This document shows positions 59,454-64,000 of a stretch of 64,000 nt of DNA, piece by piece. The first letter of the stretch is position 1, and every line of letters starts with the position of its first letter. The stretch spans positions 8,746 to 72,745 of the forward strand of contig JADHUV010000009.1 in assembly GCA_016784355.1 (NCBI GenBank). Reading direction: 5' to 3'. This DNA comes from Nitrospira sp. GTDB taxonomy: Bacteria > Nitrospirota > Thermodesulfovibrionia > UBA6902. The position numbers were made by a program, and so were the translations under genes. The notes beneath the pieces are model-generated. The model was not told the DNA's origin, ran no database searches, and was given only the letters and a program-made list of their open reading frames with translations.

Positions 59454-59624
59454 TCACCCGGTTGCATTTTCAGCTAATTCGTAGTCCTGCGGGCTGATGT
59501 ACCCGAGATAGCTGTGACGCCTCTTTGAATTAAAGAACATTTCGATATAATCGAAGATGTCACTCTTTGCTTCATCACGGGTATCGTAGATCCTCCAGGC
59601 GGGATGATCTAATTTTGCATGATC
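59454..59624 (-). pseudogene. IS3-family transposase (OrfB/rve) C-terminal remnant, about 55 codons
   Basis: minus-strand frame encodes ...HPAWRIYDTRDEAKSDIFDYIEMFFNSKRRHSYLGYISPQDYELAEN*, the canonical IS3 OrfB C-terminus; upstream part absent. Confidence 0.6.
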
Positions 59625-59735
59625 TCAGGACATAAAGCCCGATCTGCCTTTGACCGCTGCACTATAGTTAATGAAGAAAATTTTAAGAATCCATCGGGAA
59701 AGGTTTTTAAGCGCCTTGAAGGCAGAAGAAAAAAA

Positions 59736-59821
59736 TGGCGGAGGAGGTAGGATTCGAACCCACGGATCTTTCGATCAACGGTTTTCAAGACCGCCGCCAT
59801 CGACCACTCGGCCACTCCTCC
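59736..59821 (-). tRNA. tRNA-Ser (anticodon UGA), class II with long variable arm, encoded CCA
   Basis: reverse complement folds as GGAGGAG-TG-GCC..GGC-G-GCGGT-CTTGAAA-ACCGT-T-GATCGAAAGATC-C-GTGGG-TTCGAAT-CCTAC-CTCCTCC-G-CCA. Confidence 0.85.
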
Positions 59822-59872
59822 GTAATTTTTTCTTATTTTACAGTTACATGATAAAACTGTGTATCTATATAA

Positions 59873-61195
<1,323 letters not shown>

Positions 61196-61302
61196 TTAGA
61201 CATGTACTAAGGTAAGAGAAAATATTCTAAAAATCAATAGCGTGATAAAAAAAGCAGGCATTGCCTATGCATTTAGGTGTTTTTATAGTAATATGAATAA
61301 TT

Positions 61303-62148
61303 ATGACTCAAACCATTAAAAAACTATTTCAGGCAATTATCCTGCTGTTTCTTTTAATCCCTGCTGTGTCTAATGCCTTTACCGTAACTTACCAGCCAGC
61401 AGAGCCGAGGCAGGGGGATGTACTCTTTGTGAAAATTGTTACTGAAAATGCCGGTTCTGCCGAGGCTGAGTTTCAGGGTAAAAAATATAGTTTCGGAAGG
61501 GTTGATCAGAAGCACCTGATTGCGCTGCTGCCGATTGATATTTATACATCGGCCAAAGAATATGATCTTCAAGTGGTTCATAACGGGGCTAAGAGTGTTG
61601 TAAATATAAAGGTGCATGCCCGCGAGTTTGATACTATTGAACTGACCCTGCCTGAGGGCAAGGTTGATCTGAGCCCTGATAGTCATAAACGTGCAGCTAA
61701 GGAATCGGTGATGCTGAAGAAGGTATGGGAAAGCGAGTCTGAAAGGACCTGGAACACCAGGTTTGAAAGGCCGATTAATACTGAGATTTCCACGCATTTC
61801 GGTACAAAACGCATTATGAATAAAAAGAGAACCAGTGTTCACAGGGGTATGGATTTTCGCGGAAAAACGGGAACCCCTGTTCAGGCCATTAATAACGGGA
61901 CGGTTATTTTGACTGACGATCTTTTTTTCGGCGGCAATACAGTGGTACTAGATCATGGTATGGGACTGTACTCAGTTTATATGCATCTTTCCAAGTTTAC
62001 CGTAACCAGCGGGGATATCATTAATAAAGGTCAGGAAATCGGTCTTATCGGAAATTCCGGGCGGGCTACAGGGCCTCATCTGCATCTAAGCGTAAAGCTG
62101 CACGGCACCAGTGTTGATCCTCTGTCTCTTATTGATCTTGACCTCTAA
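61303..62148 (+). CDS. secreted M23 family metallopeptidase (LytM domain)
   Basis: signal peptide; HRGMDF...HLHLSV M23 zinc-ligand motifs. Confidence 0.8.
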   Translation: MTQTIKKLFQAIILLFLLIPAVSNAFTVTYQPAEPRQGDVLFVKIVTENAGSAEAEFQGKKYSFGRVDQKHLIALLPIDIYTSAKEYDLQVVHNGAKSVVNIKVHAREFDTIELTLPEGKVDLSPDSHKRAAKESVMLKKVWESESERTWNTRFERPINTEISTHFGTKRIMNKKRTSVHRGMDFRGKTGTPVQAINNGTVILTDDLFFGGNTVVLDHGMGLYSVYMHLSKFTVTSGDIINKGQEIGLIGNSGRATGPHLHLSVKLHGTSVDPLSLIDLDL

Positions 62149-62196
62149 TTTTTTTCATATCCCCTGACGGATATCTTTTGGATAGTAAATGAAAAT

Positions 62197-63456
62197 ATGG
62201 ATTTATATTTAATAATTATTATTGCGGGCTATTGCCTTGTCTCAGGATTCGGATACTGGCTTGATTACCTGAATCTTGTTCACCTGGGTAAATTCGGGGC
62301 TGTTATCCCTGAAGAGTTCGAGGGGCATATTGATCAGGATCTGCTCGTAAAAACCAGTGCCTATAACATCGAAAACGCGCGGTTTGGTTTTGTATCATCC
62401 ATATTTAACAATGCAGCGGTGCTTACGTTTATGCTGGTGCTGCTCAATATATACAATAACTGGATCAAATCCTTAGACCTTTTCTTTATAGCATCGGGCA
62501 TAGTTTTTTTTCTGCTAATGACATATGCGGAAACTTTAATCTCAATGCCGTTTAGCCTGTATCACACGTTTAGAATAGAGAACCGGTATGGTTTTAATAC
62601 TATGACTTTCAGGCTCTGGATTATTGATGCCTTAAAATCATTGGCGGTTTCCACCATTCTTCTGGCACTTTTAGTATCTGCAGGTCTGTATATTATTCAG
62701 AAGAGTCCGGATCTTTGGTGGTTATGGCTTTGGAGCTTTTTTCTGTTTTTCAGCATCGTTATGATGTATGTAGCTCCATATGTTATTGAGCCTCTTTTTC
62801 ACAAGTTCAGCCCGATCGGCGATGAATCGCTTGAGTCTGATATCAGGGGGCTTATGGAGAAGGCAGGGATTAAGGTGAGTCGGGTGTTTAAGGTAGATGC
62901 CTCCCGCCGGACGCGACATACCAATGCTTATTTCACCGGTATTGGAAGGGTGAAGCGTATTGTTTTGTATGATACGCTGCTTGAGACTATGGACAGGGAG
63001 GAGATCCTGGCAGTTTTGGCCCATGAGGCAGGTCACTGGAAGAAGAAACATCTGCTGAAGCACCTTGTTACAAGTGAGGTGTTCGCACTGGTGATTTTGT
63101 ATATTGCCTGGCACGTGCTGAAGAATGATATGCTGTCCGGTATTTTTCATTTGACAAACGGGACCTTTTTTTCCGAGGCAGTGCTTCTGGGTTTTGTGGC
63201 CTCCATACTCGCCTTTCCTCTGGGGCCGGTATTTAATTATATTTCGAGGAGGCATGAAGAAGAGGCGGATAGATATTCGTATGAAATGACGGGCAGCGGT
63301 GAGGGGATGACAGGCGCATTGGTAAAGCTGTCTACGGATAATCTTTCAAATCTTCATCCTCATCCACTGTATGCGCTTTTCCACTATTCTCACCCTCCAG
63401 TTCTTCAGAGGATCAGAGCAATAAAGGGGTTTAGCCGGGCGGACTCTCCGGATTAA
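62197..63456 (+). CDS. M48 family zinc metalloprotease, Ste24/CAAX-prenyl-protease-like
   Basis: 419 aa; multi-TM N-domain; HEAGH zinc motif (LAHEAGHWKK). Confidence 0.8.
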   Translation: MDLYLIIIIAGYCLVSGFGYWLDYLNLVHLGKFGAVIPEEFEGHIDQDLLVKTSAYNIENARFGFVSSIFNNAAVLTFMLVLLNIYNNWIKSLDLFFIASGIVFFLLMTYAETLISMPFSLYHTFRIENRYGFNTMTFRLWIIDALKSLAVSTILLALLVSAGLYIIQKSPDLWWLWLWSFFLFFSIVMMYVAPYVIEPLFHKFSPIGDESLESDIRGLMEKAGIKVSRVFKVDASRRTRHTNAYFTGIGRVKRIVLYDTLLETMDREEILAVLAHEAGHWKKKHLLKHLVTSEVFALVILYIAWHVLKNDMLSGIFHLTNGTFFSEAVLLGFVASILAFPLGPVFNYISRRHEEEADRYSYEMTGSGEGMTGALVKLSTDNLSNLHPHPLYALFHYSHPPVLQRIRAIKGFSRADSPD

Positions 63457-63494
63457 GATTGTAATTAGAATATCGTTTTGTTATATTTCTGAAG

Positions 63495-64000
63495 ATGACG
63501 AACTGGATACTGCAATCAAATGTTCATACTTTTGATGGAAAAGTCCTGCTGACAGCGGGTACTGAACTGACAGATTCCGTGTTTCAGGAAGTTATCAGGT
63601 CCAATTCTGATGCTCCCTATAAAAGTTATAACCTGCTTCAGTATAGTGGGATAAAAAAAGATCTCCTGGAATATATGGCAACCCCCCCGTATGACCGGAT
63701 ATTTGATGTAGGGGATAAATATGCAGAATTTATACAGATCGTGGAAAGCATATCTTTGATAGAACCGGTCCTGCAGTCTCTGGATTTTTTGAAGGTCCAT
63801 GATCCGTATACTTACAGACATACACTTACGGTATTCGCCCTTTCCTCTCTTGCCGCTTTATACCTTATAGATGATTTTCATGAACGTGTAAGAGAGGCAT
63901 CGTCAAGTCCATCGCATGATATAGGAAAGATGTGTGTGTCACAAGTTATCTTACAGAAAAGCACACCTATGACAATGAAAGAAAGAGATATACTTGTTCA
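63495..64000 (+). CDS. HD-GYP / HD domain protein, N-terminal part (runs off window end)
   Basis: open frame from ATG 63495 to window end; HD motif HDIGK at about aa 150. Confidence 0.5.
   Translation, partial: MTNWILQSNVHTFDGKVLLTAGTELTDSVFQEVIRSNSDAPYKSYNLLQYSGIKKDLLEYMATPPYDRIFDVGDKYAEFIQIVESISLIEPVLQSLDFLKVHDPYTYRHTLTVFALSSLAALYLIDDFHERVREASSSPSHDIGKMCVSQVILQKSTPMTMKERDILV

Noticed and set aside
59609-59815. 68-aa ORF overlapping tRNA-Ser
   Set aside because: Overlaps a well-formed tRNA gene; spurious.

Overview
This 64 kb window reads as ordinary chromosomal DNA from an anaerobic, cytochrome-rich bacterium. It encodes multihaem c-type cytochromes, a superoxide-reductase-like protein, a Bat/MoxR aerotolerance operon, a sigma-54 enhancer-binding protein and several c-di-GMP/HD-GYP signalling genes. 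The composition would fit a Desulfobacterota or Nitrospirota-like lineage, but I cannot assign a taxon from sequence alone. Gene density is high on both strands, with about 55 credible CDS and one intact tRNA.

Recognisable blocks, in order:
- peptidoglycan recycling (DUF1460-like, ampG, nagZ) followed by a sigma-54 activator
- a two-gene radical-SAM cluster, described below
- a Mur ligase (Mpl/MurC), an HPP membrane protein and a Tat-exported SOR-like protein
- a sigma-54-promoted Cys-rich small protein
- an eight-haem cytochrome c lipoprotein with TPR repeats
- apt and mtnP
- the complete batE-D-C-B-A / DUF58 / moxR operon
- ubiE-rsmG-ubiX
- a hybrid HK / hybrid HK / REC-HD-GYP operon
- icd, corC, cysZ, a PilZ protein, an RmlD-like reductase and a HAD hydrolase
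- rho, cutA, osmC, hit, an EndoIII-like glycosylase, addB-addA and rsmA
- a secreted S8 subtilase with an unusual C-terminal tail, then mnmG and a tetrahaem cytochrome c
- a decayed tRNA copy, a Kv channel, an IS3 transposase remnant, tRNA-Ser(UGA) and serS
- M23 and M48 peptidases and a partial HD-GYP gene at the window end

The most unusual locus is at 6.0-10.0 kb. A single 796-aa protein fuses a PqqD-like peptide-recognition element, a radical SAM core (CX3CX2C), a SPASM domain and a full ArsM-type As(III) methyltransferase domain that keeps all three arsenic-binding cysteines. It is co-transcribed with a B12-binding radical SAM enzyme and sits divergent from a GAF/sigma-54 activator. No precursor peptide gene is visible nearby.

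Other points worth follow-up:
- four evenly phased TGTAAA-N5-TTTACA-type palindromes upstream of the subtilase
- the subtilase Gly-run / CFIATAAYGS / TM / RRRR C-terminal tail
- a Tat-signal SOR preceded by a tandem palindromic element
- a textbook -24/-12 sigma-54 promoter in front of a 112-aa zinc-ribbon-like protein
- a decayed tRNA-Ser copy, K+ channel and IS3 remnant that look like an old insertion beside tRNA-Ser and serS

I found no CRISPR array, no intact mobile element and no rRNA.
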